Below, one piece after another: positions 47,614 through 58,366 of a stretch of 64,000 bases of DNA (positions are counted from its first letter, which is position 1; every line of letters begins with the position of its first letter). This DNA comes from Patescibacteria group bacterium. Lineage in GTDB: Bacteria; Patescibacteriota; Patescibacteriia; Magasanikbacterales; GWA2-37-8. A model generated the notes under the pieces. It searched no databases, had not been told where the DNA came from, and worked only from the letters and a program-made list of their open reading frames with translations. The position numbers were made by a program, and so were the translations under genes. Where the stretch lies: contig SCQK01000007.1 of NCBI GenBank assembly GCA_004321885.1, forward strand, positions 128,001 through 192,000, written 5' to 3'.

Positions 47614-48834
47614 TTCTTTCTTTTCCGCCGCATCTGCTGTTTCTTGCGATTGGCCTTCAGGCTGAATTTCTTCGGCCGGCTTCGCTTCTTCGGCCTTGGC
47701 CGCCGTGGCTTCAGCCGAGGCAGGCTTTTCTTCCTTCTTCTCTTCAGCTTTTCGCGCGCTTTTGCCTTTCACTCCGGCCGCGCGCAGGCCCAGGCGGTGC
47801 TCCATCGGCTCCAGCGACACAATCTCAAATTCTTTGGTTTCGCCCACCTTAAATTTGTCGTTTATATTCGCGATGGACTCGTCGGCCAGCTCGGAGATAT
47901 GGGCCAGGCCGTGAATTTCCTTGTCCAGCGCCACCATCAGACCAAACGGCTCCACTTTCAAGATTTTGCCGCTTACCTTATCGCCCATTTTGTATTTTTC
48001 TTTCACGCTCTTCCATGGGTCATCCACCAGGCGCTTGATGGACAAATAAATTTTGGAACGGTCCAGCTGGATAATTTGCGCTTTGATTTTGTCGCCCACT
48101 TTCAAAATATCCTTGGGGTGGTCTATTCTCTGCCAGGCGATTTCGGAAATGTGCACCAGACCTTCCAGGTCATTGCCAAACCTGACAAAAGCCCCGAAAG
48201 AAGTGAGGGCGCTCACCTCGCCTTCCACCAGGTCGCCGATTTTATACGATTCCAGCACGGCTTTTTGCGCGTCTTCCCAAACCGCTTTTTCCGACACAAT
48301 CAATTTTTCTTCTTTCTCGTCTGCGTCAATCACTTTTATCTCCAGCTCTTTGTTTATCAGTTCGCGCAATTTTTCCAAAATACGGCCCTTGTCGCCGCCG
48401 GCTACGCGCGGATAATGTTCGGGGCTAAGCTGGGAAACAGGCATAAAACCGGCCAGGGCTCCCACCTGCATCATCAGACCGCCCTTGTTGGCCGACAGCG
48501 CTTTGCCTTTCACGGCCAGGCCCTCGTTCATCCATTTCTTCACGTTGTCCCAGGCGCGCTGATAGCCGGCCACGCGGAAAGACAATTCCATTTCGCCGTT
48601 TTCGTTTTCCAGTTCCATTACCGTGGCTTCCACTTCATCGCCCACTTTCAAATTGCCGTACTCGCGCGATTCGGCAAACAGCTCGCGGCCGCGCACCACG
48701 CCCACGGTGAGGCCCTGCACGTCCAGCTGAATCTGGCCTTTTTCCACCGAGATGATTTTGCCTTTAATGACATCGCCCGCTTTGGGGATGTTGGCCGTGT
48801 GCGCCATTACTAAATTCTTAAAGTCATCGGACAT
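47611..48834 (-). CDS. rpsA: 30S ribosomal protein S1
   Basis: Four S1 domains (GDVIKGKI..., GDLVEGEVS..., etc.) and a Glu/Lys/Ala-rich C-terminal tail. Confidence 0.88.
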   Translation of the reverse strand: MSDDFKNLVMAHTANIPKAGDVIKGKIISVEKGQIQLDVQGLTVGVVRGRELFAESREYGNLKVGDEVEATVMELENENGEMELSFRVAGYQRAWDNVKKWMNEGLAVKGKALSANKGGLMMQVGALAGFMPVSQLSPEHYPRVAGGDKGRILEKLRELINKELEIKVIDADEKEEKLIVSEKAVWEDAQKAVLESYKIGDLVEGEVSALTSFGAFVRFGNDLEGLVHISEIAWQRIDHPKDILKVGDKIKAQIIQLDRSKIYLSIKRLVDDPWKSVKEKYKMGDKVSGKILKVEPFGLMVALDKEIHGLAHISELADESIANINDKFKVGETKEFEIVSLEPMEHRLGLRAAGVKGKSARKAEEKKEEKPASAEATAAKAEEAKPAEEIQPEGQSQETADAAEKKE

Positions 48835-48965
48835 ATCTCAAACAAAAAAACCTCTCTTAACCCTTTCCGCTTGGCGGATGCGGGTGCCTGCCTCTAAATC
48901 GGGCCGGCTTATTTGTTTATATTGTATCCAAAGCTTACAACAACCGGAAAAAAGTGTCAAGGCAT

Positions 48966-49017
48966 AAAAAATCAATAGACGGTGGGCGCTATAACGCTCC
49001 ACCGTCCGGCGTTTTTG
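48966..49017. terminator. hairpin flanked by an A-run and a T-run (bidirectional terminator-like) upstream of rpsA and downstream of 49045-49311
   Basis: aaaaaatcaataGACGGTGGGCGctataaCGCTCCACCGTCcggcgttttt. Confidence 0.45.
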
Positions 49018-49044
49018 TCTGGGAGCCTCCTATTCGCCTCATCT

Positions 49045-49311
49045 CTACTCACCTCCTTCCATTCGGACGAGGGCCCGAATGATGTCTGTAAACTCTCTGA
49101 TCGCTTTGAGAGTCTCCGGTTCTCTGGCTGACTCTGCACCAAAACGATGGTGGCCGTTCTGAATGGCCGCTTTCTGCGCTTCTTGCGCCACCACCACTTC
49201 CAACCGAAGCAAAGCTACGCCAAGCGGGCCGTTCACCAACATATCCAGCAGTTCTTTTTCTGCCGGAAACAACTTTGCGGCTGTTGCCAGCAATGACGAC
49301 GAGATTTGCAT
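49045..49311 (-). CDS. hypothetical small protein
   Basis: 88-aa ORF with no family recognised. Confidence 0.35.
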   Translation of the reverse strand: MQISSSLLATAAKLFPAEKELLDMLVNGPLGVALLRLEVVVAQEAQKAAIQNGHHRFGAESAREPETLKAIREFTDIIRALVRMEGGE

Positions 49312-49397
49312 TTCCTCCTCCTTTGTTTCCTCGTGCCGTTTCTCCCCAAAACGCCTATATTCTTATTACCACAATCAAAGAAAAATAACAAATCCGG

Positions 49398-50324
49398 CTA
49401 CGGATTTAACTGCCACTGAAGAAGCACCGGGTCAAATGTGGTTGAAGTTATGTTAATCATTCCCGGCTGGAGCGTCTGCTGACCAGACGGCGGGGCCACT
49501 TGCGGCGGCGCGTTCGGATTTTTGTATTTCAGCGGGACAGATACAGTGTCAGACACCAGCTTCTTTGTCTGGTCGTAATAGAAAACGTATAAAATAAGCG
49601 TCTGGCCGTCGGTGAGACTGCCGGCTAAATTAATTTTTTTGCTGAAATCACCCCACAGGCCAGGCTCCAGCGCCCCCGGGCCGTTGGGAGAGTAAGCCGT
49701 GGCAACCTCGCTGAAATAGGCAACGCCGCCTGACTGCACGCTGACCATAATTTCATCGCCGGCGCTGGCCAGCGAACTGCCGTATATTTTTGAATGGCCA
49801 ATGACGTCAAAAGTGTTTCCCACTTCGGAATTTGAGGCGGGATGAGAAATAGTGATATTCGGCGGGGCCGGCGGACGCTCTTGTTCCGGAGCCGGCGGTT
49901 GTTGGCCGGGATTTTGAGCGGGCGGATTTTGACCCGGAGGCGGAGCCGGATTTTGCCCGGTACTGCCGCCAGACCCGGCGCCGCCGCTGCCGGCCCCCGC
50001 GACACCGGTGCCGGTCGACGAATTATTAGATGTATTGCCTGTCGGCTGATTCTGTTTTTGCCCGCCGGCTACCGACGTAGTGCCGCCTGTTGCCGCCGTG
50101 CCTCCCTGGGCGCTGCCTGCTGTAGCCGTAGCCGCGCCCTGCGCCCGGTCTCTGGCAACCTGCTCGCCAGACGGCCCCGCATTGTTTGCGTTCTTGTTTT
50201 TGCTAAAATAGCGCCCGGCCCCCAGACCCAGGGCCAAAGCCAAAATTATCGCTAACGCGACAATGAGGGCGCCTTTTTTACCTTTCTTTTTAATTTGCTC
50301 AGCCGATATTTGTTGTTCTGTCAT
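49398..50324 (-). CDS. hypothetical membrane-anchored protein with a Gly/Pro/Thr-rich linker and a C-terminal globular domain
   Basis: N-terminal TM; GAGSGGAGSGGSTGQNPAPPPGQNPPAQNPGQQPPAP low-complexity segment. Confidence 0.55.
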   Translation of the reverse strand: MTEQQISAEQIKKKGKKGALIVALAIILALALGLGAGRYFSKNKNANNAGPSGEQVARDRAQGAATATAGSAQGGTAATGGTTSVAGGQKQNQPTGNTSNNSSTGTGVAGAGSGGAGSGGSTGQNPAPPPGQNPPAQNPGQQPPAPEQERPPAPPNITISHPASNSEVGNTFDVIGHSKIYGSSLASAGDEIMVSVQSGGVAYFSEVATAYSPNGPGALEPGLWGDFSKKINLAGSLTDGQTLILYVFYYDQTKKLVSDTVSVPLKYKNPNAPPQVAPPSGQQTLQPGMINITSTTFDPVLLQWQLNP

Positions 50325-50357
50325 ATGTAAATATTTACATTGTTATACTACATTAAT

Positions 50358-51914
50358 TTAAAAATTTGTCAAAATATCTTTTATTAAAGGCACGATGATA
50401 TTTTTTTGATAGAAGTACGCGTTGGTTGGTTTTTTGGTAATAGGGAAGATTAAAGACGGCACCAACAATTCCTGACTCGCGTTGTCTTTATAAGTCCAAA
50501 TCTTTACCAGCTCCACGCTCGGGGTGCCCAGTTCAATTTTGACTACGCGGGCATTCGGGCCCTGCTCGGCGGCGTAAAACTCCTGACGCCAGCCCCCGGC
50601 CTCGGCCAGTTTTTGCAAACGGCTCGCGTCTTTTTCCGCGGCATAGCCCGAACTTTCATATTGCTGGCTGGTCAAGTTGTACACATTTTGCACCGTCAGG
50701 CCGTGCGCGTTCACGGCCACACTTAAACCACTTTTGTAACCAGACTCTTCATATATATTCTTGCCTTCCACTTTGAGCGGATAAATTACAGTGAGGGAAT
50801 CGGGCGCGTAATATTCGGCCGTACCAGAATCTTTTACAGCCGCCACTCCGTAACCGATCAGCCAGTCCTTTTGTATTTCGGGCGGGCCGTAGCTGTCGGT
50901 CGGTATGCCGTAGTCCCGCAAAAATTTATCGGCCGCCGCGATTATTTTATCGTCGCCCGGCAGATCCGAAACCCGCAAGGGTTTGTAGTACTCCGGAGAA
51001 ACCACCATATCGCTGGACCTTGTCCAATTGCTCCAATTCTGATTTATGGAAACCGAACTCTCATTCAAGTCAACATAGACCGAGTAGCCGCGGTCGCGAT
51101 TCTCGCTAAAACTGATGTTTTGCACCTTGATGCCGGAAAATTTGTTCCAATCAATGCCCAGCCGTGCGCCCGAAAGCAAGGAAGAAAGCTGGCCAAACGA
51201 AGCATCGCCGCCTTTGATTCTTTTCAGCACCTGCATCGTCCCGCTGTCATCCTGTCCACCATTGTCATCCTGAACTTGTTTCAGGATCTCCATTATCGGT
51301 TCGCCTTTATATGCATATTTATACACGTCATAAACCGGATAGTCGGGCGCTATCGTCTTGCCGGGTTCGGCAATGCCTGTGGCAACACCGGCGCTGCCCC
51401 GGCCATACGCGGCCACGGGGGCCGAAGGGGCTGGCGAGCCCAGGGCAATCTCCCTCTTCTCCTGTTTTTGCGCAGGCGCGGGTGCGGCCGCGTCCGGGCC
51501 GGCCGTTGCACCAGCCGCGGCTTTTTCTTCTAACAGCAGATTGCCAAACGCGTTGTCGGCCAGTTTGGTCACGCTCGTTTGCGCGTTCTTTAAATCGAAC
51601 AATCCGGGCCTGATATTATTTTTCACAAAAGAAAAAACCAGCAAAACCGAAGCCGCTGCCCCGGCGCCGATAAAAAGCCAGGAGAGCGGCTGAAAGCGCC
51701 GGGCCGGACGCGCCCGGGCCAAACGCGCGCCAGCTTCCAGCTCGTTGGCTCGCGTCAGTAAACGCTCGCGTAAAGCCAAACGAAATTTTTCATCAAACTT
51801 CGTGTCCGGCCGAGACGCCAGCAGTTCGTTGATAATTTTTATCACTTCCTGTTCGCGCGAACGCAACTCCGGCTCCATCGCATACAAATCGTTTAATATT
51901 TTTTGAATATCCAT
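50358..51914 (-). CDS. putative anti-sigma factor (N-terminal cytoplasmic helix, one TM, large extracytoplasmic domain)
   Basis: Overlaps the upstream ECF sigma gene; TM LSWLFIGAGAAASVLLVFSFV. It contains an in-frame family D repeat (51263-51293). Confidence 0.55.
   Translation of the reverse strand: MDIQKILNDLYAMEPELRSREQEVIKIINELLASRPDTKFDEKFRLALRERLLTRANELEAGARLARARPARRFQPLSWLFIGAGAAASVLLVFSFVKNNIRPGLFDLKNAQTSVTKLADNAFGNLLLEEKAAAGATAGPDAAAPAPAQKQEKREIALGSPAPSAPVAAYGRGSAGVATGIAEPGKTIAPDYPVYDVYKYAYKGEPIMEILKQVQDDNGGQDDSGTMQVLKRIKGGDASFGQLSSLLSGARLGIDWNKFSGIKVQNISFSENRDRGYSVYVDLNESSVSINQNWSNWTRSSDMVVSPEYYKPLRVSDLPGDDKIIAAADKFLRDYGIPTDSYGPPEIQKDWLIGYGVAAVKDSGTAEYYAPDSLTVIYPLKVEGKNIYEESGYKSGLSVAVNAHGLTVQNVYNLTSQQYESSGYAAEKDASRLQKLAEAGGWRQEFYAAEQGPNARVVKIELGTPSVELVKIWTYKDNASQELLVPSLIFPITKKPTNAYFYQKNIIVPLIKDILTNF
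51263..51293. repeat. family D hairpin TGTCATCCTGAACTTGTTTCAGGATCTCCAT in-frame in the anti-sigma gene (encodes EILKQVQDD)
   Basis: Identical to 59817-59848; there is also a TGTCATCCTG half-copy at 51245. Confidence 0.8.
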
Positions 51915-52483
51915 AGTGCGAACAAAATTATTAATTCAAGAAGCGGCATTTCGGCGCGCAATTTCGCCATCACCCGCGAAAAGCTCATCCGGCAGCTCTC
52001 GGCGCTTTTGCCCAGCGCTTCGGCAATCTCTTCATAAGGCATTTCCTGCCACACCCGCATGATAACGATTTCTCTTTGCGTCGGCTCCAGTTTGCCCAGA
52101 TATTTTTTTACTTTTTCCAGCGTGTCTCGCGCGTCTATGGCGCTATCCAAATCAACGTGTTCCCCTGCCTTGCCGGCAGGCAGGCCTAAATCCCAAACAT
52201 CCTCTATATTCACGTCTGCTTTTTTCACGCGGTAATAATCAATCACCGTGTTGCGCGCGATGGCATAAAGCCAGGCCGAAAAAGTGCCTTTGTCCGGGTC
52301 AAATTTTTTTACGCTTTCCAGCCCTTTCATAAAAACCTGGCTGACAATATCCTCGGCCGTTTCTTTGTGCCAGGTTTTGAAATACACGAAGTCATAAATC
52401 TTCTTCGCATATTTATCATAAAGAAGTCCAAACTGCTTTAATTCCCCTTTTTGACATTGGCCTATTATCTCCCTGTCTTCCAT
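51893..52483 (-). CDS. ECF-type RNA polymerase sigma factor (sigma-70 regions 2 and 4)
   Basis: YAKKIYDFVYFKT...SAWLYAIARNTVIDYYR (region 2) and EIAEALGKSAESCRMSFSRVMAKLR (region 4). Confidence 0.85.
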   Translation of the reverse strand: MEDREIIGQCQKGELKQFGLLYDKYAKKIYDFVYFKTWHKETAEDIVSQVFMKGLESVKKFDPDKGTFSAWLYAIARNTVIDYYRVKKADVNIEDVWDLGLPAGKAGEHVDLDSAIDARDTLEKVKKYLGKLEPTQREIVIMRVWQEMPYEEIAEALGKSAESCRMSFSRVMAKLRAEMPLLELIILFALWIFKKY

Positions 52484-52516
52484 AATAAAACGAAAAAAAC
52501 AAAATGATGTAACCGC

Positions 52517-53521
52517 CTATTTGCGGTTGCGATAAAGGAAATCAATAAACTTGGCGGCCAGCATGTCGGCTCCGGCCGTATTCACGTGCCCGCCGTCATT
52601 TTCCGCCCAGGACTGGTTCAGGCACAAGTGATTCACCCCGTCGTCGGCCTTATTGACGCACAGCTCGCCGTTGTTGTTCATGCTTTCCAACGTGGCTATG
52701 TCAAAAACCTGTTCGGCCGGATAAGCCTTCCTCAATTTGTCATTCCAGGCTTCGCGCAAATCATTGTGGCTGGCCGCGTCGCCGGCCTCTCCCAGCGGCG
52801 CTGTCATGTGCAAAAATTTCACGCCGGGAAATTCCTTTTGCAATGCCGCAATGGTGGATTGATAGGTCTCAAAACTTAGATTGCCGGGAAAATCCACGAA
52901 GCATAATTTCATCAGGACCAGGTCAACATTGGCGCCAATGCCGCCGCGCAATTTTTGCGCGAACGCGTCAAGCTTTGATTGCGGGTCTTCGTTTTCGCCG
53001 ATATTATTATTGCCGATTATACCGGGCCTTAAATCCGCGGCCCTGGCGATTTCCACCACGCTCACGCCGCTGTTTGGATTTTTCTCCAAAACCCTGTTCA
53101 CCCCGTCCAAAATTTGCGCACCTACCGACTGGTGGCCAAACCAAATTCTGTCTTTGGCAAGCGAGCTCAACTTTTGCGCCAGAGTTGGCGTTGCTCCCGG
53201 CGGCAATACCGGCGCTGGCGCTGGTTTGGACGCAATTTTTTTCGCGGTCATCGCGCGAACTTTATCAAACGGCACCCGGGCGAGCGTTTTCGCGCCCACT
53301 TTTTTCACCGCGCTCCACGATTTGAAATACGTAAAGAAAATTTTCGGGGCAGGAAATATTTTCTTCGTGCATTTGCTTGTCACATAGTACACGGCTTTAC
53401 TCGCGCTTGTCTTGTAGGCCTTGTTTACCGGCAAAGCGCAGGCGGCGCTGGCGCTGTTTGTCGCGATAAAAATACCGGCCGCGATGGTTAACCCCGCCAA
53501 AATTGATGGTGTTTTTCCCAT
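52517..53521 (-). CDS. secreted hypothetical hydrolase-like protein (possibly SGNH-like)
   Basis: Signal peptide and an Ala/Pro linker. The family assignment is weak. Confidence 0.4.
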   Translation of the reverse strand: MGKTPSILAGLTIAAGIFIATNSASAACALPVNKAYKTSASKAVYYVTSKCTKKIFPAPKIFFTYFKSWSAVKKVGAKTLARVPFDKVRAMTAKKIASKPAPAPVLPPGATPTLAQKLSSLAKDRIWFGHQSVGAQILDGVNRVLEKNPNSGVSVVEIARAADLRPGIIGNNNIGENEDPQSKLDAFAQKLRGGIGANVDLVLMKLCFVDFPGNLSFETYQSTIAALQKEFPGVKFLHMTAPLGEAGDAASHNDLREAWNDKLRKAYPAEQVFDIATLESMNNNGELCVNKADDGVNHLCLNQSWAENDGGHVNTAGADMLAAKFIDFLYRNRK

Positions 53522-53540
53522 ATTCGAAATGAGTGAGGGA

Positions 53541-53571
53541 AATAATCAAATGCATTTGATTATTTCCGAAC
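53541..53571. promoter_or_regulatory. perfect 14-bp inverted repeat GGAAATAATCAAAT-gca-ATTTGATTATTTCC in the divergent promoter region upstream of the ECF sigma operon
   Basis: Exact palindrome with no T-run, so more likely an operator than a terminator. Confidence 0.4.
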
Positions 53572-53726
53572 GAATGAGAATATATGTGGCGTAGCCCCTA
53601 TATAATTTTATTAAAAAAATATTAAATAAACGACTGGTAAAACCCGCCTTTTAACCCATTTCGACGCTTGCCTTATCTCCCAATTTATGATAAACTATTT
53701 CTATAATTTTTACCATAGCTTCGCGT

Positions 53727-54341
53727 ATGCACATCTCCTGGCTGGGACAAACCTGCGTCAAATTGCAAACCAAAAATCTGGATGAAGACGTCGTTATTTT
53801 GATAGACGCTTACAAACCGAAGCGCGGTGAATTTCCGCGCAATTTCGGACCGGCCATTGCCATGTTTTCAAGCGGCGCCGAAAACGCGGCCACTGTTTCA
53901 CAAAACGCTTTTACTGTAGACACCCTCGGCGAATTTGAAATCAAAGATTGTATGCTCTATTCCATGCCCGGCGGCGCGGATAATTTTGTTTTCAAAATCG
54001 GCGCCGAGGGTTTGTCCGTGGTCCACTTGGGACGGCTCAAAAAACCGCTGGAAAACGGCGAGCTGGAAAAAATCCTTAGCCCGGATATTCTCTTCGTGTC
54101 GGTTGGCGGCGGTCCGGATTATCTGGAGCCGAAAGATGCGGCCGCCATGATAACGGCGCTGGAGCCGCGCGTCATCATACCGACAGGGTTTAAATGCGAT
54201 ACCGACCCTGATGCCAAACCGCTTTCCGCCTTCATTTCCGCCATCGGGCTCAAACCAGAATCGGCGGAAAAAAAGGTGATTATAAAAAAGAAGGACTTGC
54301 CGCAGGAAGAAACCAAACTGTGCGTTTTGGAGAAAGAATAG
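53727..54341 (+). CDS. MBL-fold metallo-hydrolase-like protein
   Basis: About 200 aa; beta-lactamase-fold-like pattern, ...VVHLGRL...ILFVSVGGG...; weak. Confidence 0.45.
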   Translation: MHISWLGQTCVKLQTKNLDEDVVILIDAYKPKRGEFPRNFGPAIAMFSSGAENAATVSQNAFTVDTLGEFEIKDCMLYSMPGGADNFVFKIGAEGLSVVHLGRLKKPLENGELEKILSPDILFVSVGGGPDYLEPKDAAAMITALEPRVIIPTGFKCDTDPDAKPLSAFISAIGLKPESAEKKVIIKKKDLPQEETKLCVLEKE

Positions 54342-54342
54342 T

Positions 54343-54678
54343 ATGCCACGCAAAAAATCAACTCCCAAAAAATCAGAACCCGTCAGCCAAATGATCTATG
54401 TTTCCAACGAACCGGCCCGCAAATGGATGTGGCTGTTGGTGGCTATTTTCGTCATACTCATCGCGGCGCTGTGGGGTTGGTCATTCAAAGTCAGGCTCGC
54501 ATCTTTTAGCTGGCAAAACACTCCTGAAAACAAGCTCGTGGAAAAAAGCCAGAACGACTGGGACGAACTATTTCGCGAAGCGGAAGCGAATCAAAATAAA
54601 ACCATTTTGGAAGAACAAGTAAAAAATTTAATCAAACAAATATCCGTCACCTCAACGATAAATAGCGCCACACCTTAA
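54343..54678 (+). CDS. hypothetical small membrane protein
   Basis: TM WMWLLVAIFVILIAALWGW. Confidence 0.4.
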   Translation: MPRKKSTPKKSEPVSQMIYVSNEPARKWMWLLVAIFVILIAALWGWSFKVRLASFSWQNTPENKLVEKSQNDWDELFREAEANQNKTILEEQVKNLIKQISVTSTINSATP

Positions 54679-54680
54679 TT

Positions 54681-57600
54681 ATGCAAGCAAAAATTGAACT
54701 GCCCAAGGCGCCAATCGGCGCTATCACTCCCGCGCCCATCGTGGACGAGATGCGCAAATCATATCTGGAATACGCCATGAGCGTGATTGTTTCCCGCGCC
54801 CTGCCTGACGTGCGCGACGGCCTCAAACCGGTGCACCGCCGCATTTTGTACGCTATGTGGAACATGGGCCTGCGCCACAACGCCAAGTTCCGCAAATCGG
54901 CGCACGTGGTCGGCGAGGTGATGGCGAAATACCATCCGCATGGCGACTCGGCAATCTATGATTCCATGGTGCGCATGGCGCAGGATTTTTCCATGGGCCA
55001 CACGCTGGTGCACGGCCAAGGAAACTTTGGCTGTTTCACAAAAGATACCAAAGTCAAATTAACTGATGGCCGTGGTTTGAATTTTGAAGATTTAATCAAA
55101 GAATACGAATCGGGAAAGAAAAATTTTACTTACTCCATAAACAATTCCGGTCTAATTTCCATTGCCGAAATAAAACATCCCAGATTAACCAAAAAATCCG
55201 CTGAAATAATGAAGGTGGTATTGGATAACGGCGAAGAAATCAGATGTACCTTGAATCACCTGTTCATGTTAAGAAATGGAAGCTACAAGGAAGCAAAAGA
55301 TTTACAAGCCGGTGAATCGCTGATGCCCTTGTATCAAAAAATTTCCGAAAAAACCGACAAGTTAAACCGCGAAGGATACATCTTAATCCACCAAAACAAA
55401 ACCGGCGAATGGGTGCCGGCCCACCACTTGGCGGATAATTTTAATCTGAATGAAAAAAAATATGCTATAACGCGCGGCAGAGTTCGTCACCATGTTGATT
55501 ATAATAAATTAAATAATAACCCGGACAATATCATTCGCATGCGCTGGGGCGAACACTGGAAAATTCACTACTCGCACGCGAAAGAAATGCATCAAAATAA
55601 TGAGTACGTAAAAAAACTTGCCGATGGCAGAAAAAAATTCTGGGCCGATAATAAAAATAGGAAAAAATACGCGGAAAGAATTTCTGTCCGCAATATTAAG
55701 AATTGGAAAAATTCGGAATACCGCGAAAAAACGCGTCAATTCCTTAGCGAAACAAACAAGGAGTATTTAAAGAACCATCCGGAAAAAATAGCTGAAATTA
55801 AAAAGACGGCTTCGGCCACTTTTAAAAAATTATGGTCAATACCTTATTATAAAAACTTATTCCACGATAAGATCGTCGCCGCGAACAAAAAAAGAATATC
55901 CAACAATACTGGCAAGAAAAAATTCTTGACTATCTGCAAAGAGGCGTTAAATCGCTTTAAGACAATTAATGAACAATCATACGAGCATGCCCGAAAAAAA
56001 GTTTACCCATATGGACGCGCTACGATGTGGCAGACCGGCTTCAAAAAATACTTTGCTGAAAATTTGGATACACTGACGCAAGAAGCGGTAAAAAACCACA
56101 AGGTGACCAAAATTGAATTTTTGAATGAAAAAGAAGATGTGTTTGATATTACGATTGATAAGTGGCACAATTTCGCTTTGGCCTCCGGAATTTTTGTACA
56201 TAACTCAATGGACGGAGACAACGCCGCCGCCTACCGCTACACCGAAGCCAAATTGGAATCATTGGCCGAAGAAATACTCGCCGACATTGACAAGGAAACG
56301 GTAAACTTCGTCCCCAACTACGATGGCTCGCACAACGAACCGACCGTCCTGCCGGCCAAGGTCCCCAACCTCTTGCTGAACGGCACAGTAGGTATTGCCG
56401 TGGGCATGGCCACTTCCATTCCCCCGCACAATCTGGGCGAACTCTGCGACGGCCTGATAAAACTGATTGACGACCCGGAAACCACGGTGGAAGAACTCTC
56501 GGAAATAATCAAGGGGCCGGACTTCCCCACCGGCGGCATCATTTACAATAAAAAAGATATTTTGGCCGCCTATTCCACGGGTCGCGGCGGCATTGTCATA
56601 CGCGCCAAAGCGGAAATACAGGAAAGCAAATCAGGCCAGTTCCAAATCATAGTGAGCGAAGTGCCTTACCAAATAAACAAAGCGGCGCTGATAGAAAAAA
56701 TCGCCGAGCTGGTGCAGGAAAAAAAGATAGACGGCATCAAGGACCTGCGCGATGAAACCAACAAAGACGGCGTGCGCATCGTTATTGAACTAAAAAAAGA
56801 TTCATATCCGAAAAAAGTTTTAAACCGCCTGTTCCAGCTCACCGAACTGCAGACCACTTTCCACACGAACATGCTCGCTCTGGTGGACGGCATCCAGCCG
56901 CGCGTTTTGAATCTCAAAAACGTCTTGGAAGAATTCATCAAACACCGCCAGGAAATAATCCGCCGGCGCACCGAGTTTGACTTAAACAAGGCCAAGGAGC
57001 GCGCCCATATTTTGGAAGGCCTGAAAATGGCGCTGGACAAAATTGACGCCGTGATAAAAACCATCCGCGCTTCCAAAGACAAGGACGAGGCTAAAAAGAA
57101 CTTGATGTCCAAATTCAAATTCACCGACCGGCAGGCCGTGGCCATTTTGGAAATGAAACTGCAGCAGCTGGCCAATTTGGAAAGACAAAAAATTGAGGAT
57201 GAATTGAAAGAGAAAAAACTGCTGATAAAAGAGCTGGAATCAATACTGGCTTCCAAAACTAAAATTCTGCAAATAATCAAAAAAGACACGGCCGAGTTGA
57301 AGGCCAAATACGGCCGCGAACGCGGAACGCAAATAGTAAGCCACGGCGTGAAGGAATTCACCGTGGAGGACTTGGTGCCGAACGAACCCACGATTATAAT
57401 GATTACCACCGACGGCTATATCAAGCGCCTGCCGCCGGACACCTTCCGTCAGCAATCGCGCGGCGGTAAAGGCGTAATCGGCGTTACCACCAAAGAAGAA
57501 GACAGTGTGGAACACTTACAGGCAACCAACACGCACGACAATATCTTGTTCTTCACCAACCGCGGACGCGTATTCCAGTTGATGGCCTATGATATACCGC

Positions 57601-58319
57601 AAGCCAGCCGCACGGCCAAGGGGCAGGCTCTAGTTAATTTTCTGCAACTGGCGCCCAATGAAAAAGTGACGGCCTTGCTGGGCATGAGCGAGCTGGAAAA
57701 AATTAAATTCCTGGTCATGGTGACGCGCCAAGGGCTGATTAAAAAAACCGCGCTGGAAGATTTTGCTAATGTGCGCAAGAGCGGTCTTATCGCCATCAAA
57801 CTGAAACCGAACGACAATCTGGAATGGGTCAAGCCATCCACCGGCGCGGATGAAATATCCATCGTCACTAAAAAGGGTCAGGCTATCCGATTTAAGGAAA
57901 AAGACGTGCGGCCAATGGGGCGCGGGGCCAGCGGCGTGCGCGGCGTGCGCTTGCACACGGACGACGAAGTGATTTGTATGGATATCGTTGACCCGAAAAA
58001 CGTCTCGCTGGAGTTGTTTATTGTGGGCGAAAACGGTCTGGGCAAACGCACTCCCCTGGCGCAATACAAAGTGCAAGGACGCGGGGGCAGTGGCATCAAG
58101 ACCGCGGCCATCACGGATAAAACCGGATTCCTTATCCACGCCAAGGTCATAGACAAAGTGGAATCGGCCGAGCACGATTTGATACTGATGTCGGCCAAGG
58201 GCCAGGTTATCCGCTTGCCATACAAATCTGTTTCGGTCTCGGGTCGCGCCACCCAGGGCGTGCGCCTGATGCGCTTCAAAGAGGGCGGCGACAAAGTGGG
58301 AAGCGTGACGTTGTTGTAA
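54681..58319 (+). CDS. gyrA: DNA gyrase subunit A interrupted by an in-frame intein (aa 118-508)
   Basis: N-extein ...HGQGNFG, then the intein, then C-extein [17 protein letters not shown] (catalytic Tyr region), GyrA box and a C-terminal beta-pinwheel. Confidence 0.93.
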   Translation: MQAKIELPKAPIGAITPAPIVDEMRKSYLEYAMSVIVSRALPDVRDGLKPVHRRILYAMWNMGLRHNAKFRKSAHVVGEVMAKYHPHGDSAIYDSMVRMAQDFSMGHTLVHGQGNFGCFTKDTKVKLTDGRGLNFEDLIKEYESGKKNFTYSINNSGLISIAEIKHPRLTKKSAEIMKVVLDNGEEIRCTLNHLFMLRNGSYKEAKDLQAGESLMPLYQKISEKTDKLNREGYILIHQNKTGEWVPAHHLADNFNLNEKKYAITRGRVRHHVDYNKLNNNPDNIIRMRWGEHWKIHYSHAKEMHQNNEYVKKLADGRKKFWADNKNRKKYAERISVRNIKNWKNSEYREKTRQFLSETNKEYLKNHPEKIAEIKKTASATFKKLWSIPYYKNLFHDKIVAANKKRISNNTGKKKFLTICKEALNRFKTINEQSYEHARKKVYPYGRATMWQTGFKKYFAENLDTLTQEAVKNHKVTKIEFLNEKEDVFDITIDKWHNFALASGIFVHNSMDGDNAAAYRYTEAKLESLAEEILADIDKETVNFVPNYDGSHNEPTVLPAKVPNLLLNGTVGIAVGMATSIPPHNLGELCDGLIKLIDDPETTVEELSEIIKGPDFPTGGIIYNKKDILAAYSTGRGGIVIRAKAEIQESKSGQFQIIVSEVPYQINKAALIEKIAELVQEKKIDGIKDLRDETNKDGVRIVIELKKDSYPKKVLNRLFQLTELQTTFHTNMLALVDGIQPRVLNLKNVLEEFIKHRQEIIRRRTEFDLNKAKERAHILEGLKMALDKIDAVIKTIRASKDKDEAKKNLMSKFKFTDRQAVAILEMKLQQLANLERQKIEDELKEKKLLIKELESILASKTKILQIIKKDTAELKAKYGRERGTQIVSHGVKEFTVEDLVPNEPTIIMITTDGYIKRLPPDTFRQQSRGGKGVIGVTTKEEDSVEHLQATNTHDNILFFTNRGRVFQLMAYDIPQASRTAKGQALVNFLQLAPNEKVTALLGMSELEKIKFLVMVTRQGLIKKTALEDFANVRKSGLIAIKLKPNDNLEWVKPSTGADEISIVTKKGQAIRFKEKDVRPMGRGASGVRGVRLHTDDEVICMDIVDPKNVSLELFIVGENGLGKRTPLAQYKVQGRGGSGIKTAAITDKTGFLIHAKVIDKVESAEHDLILMSAKGQVIRLPYKSVSVSGRATQGVRLMRFKEGGDKVGSVTLL
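55032..56204 (+). mobile_element. GyrA intein (391 aa) with an HNH-type homing-endonuclease domain
   Basis: Begins with Cys (CFTKDTKV), ends ...GIFVHN, followed by a +1 Ser. An internal HNH motif [28 protein letters not shown] is present. Exactly 1173 nt, in-frame. Confidence 0.85.
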
Positions 58320-58328
58320 ATTTCGTAT

Positions 58329-58364
58329 AAAAAAATCCCTCCGGAAATGCGGAGGGATTTTTTT
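58329..58364. terminator. rho-independent terminator after gyrA, bidirectional with tRNA-Arg
   Basis: aaaaaaaTCCCTCCG-gaaat-GCGGAGGGAttttttt. Confidence 0.75.
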
Positions 58365-58366
58365 GT

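Noticed and set aside
47644-48813. 389-aa plus-strand ORF
   Set aside because: Lies antisense to rpsA; its biased composition comes from the S1 repeats.
54681-58319. Two separate genes (a gyrA N-fragment and C-fragment) with an endonuclease gene between them
   Set aside because: A single uninterrupted frame with Cys/His-Asn/Ser junction residues indicates an intein, not a split gene.
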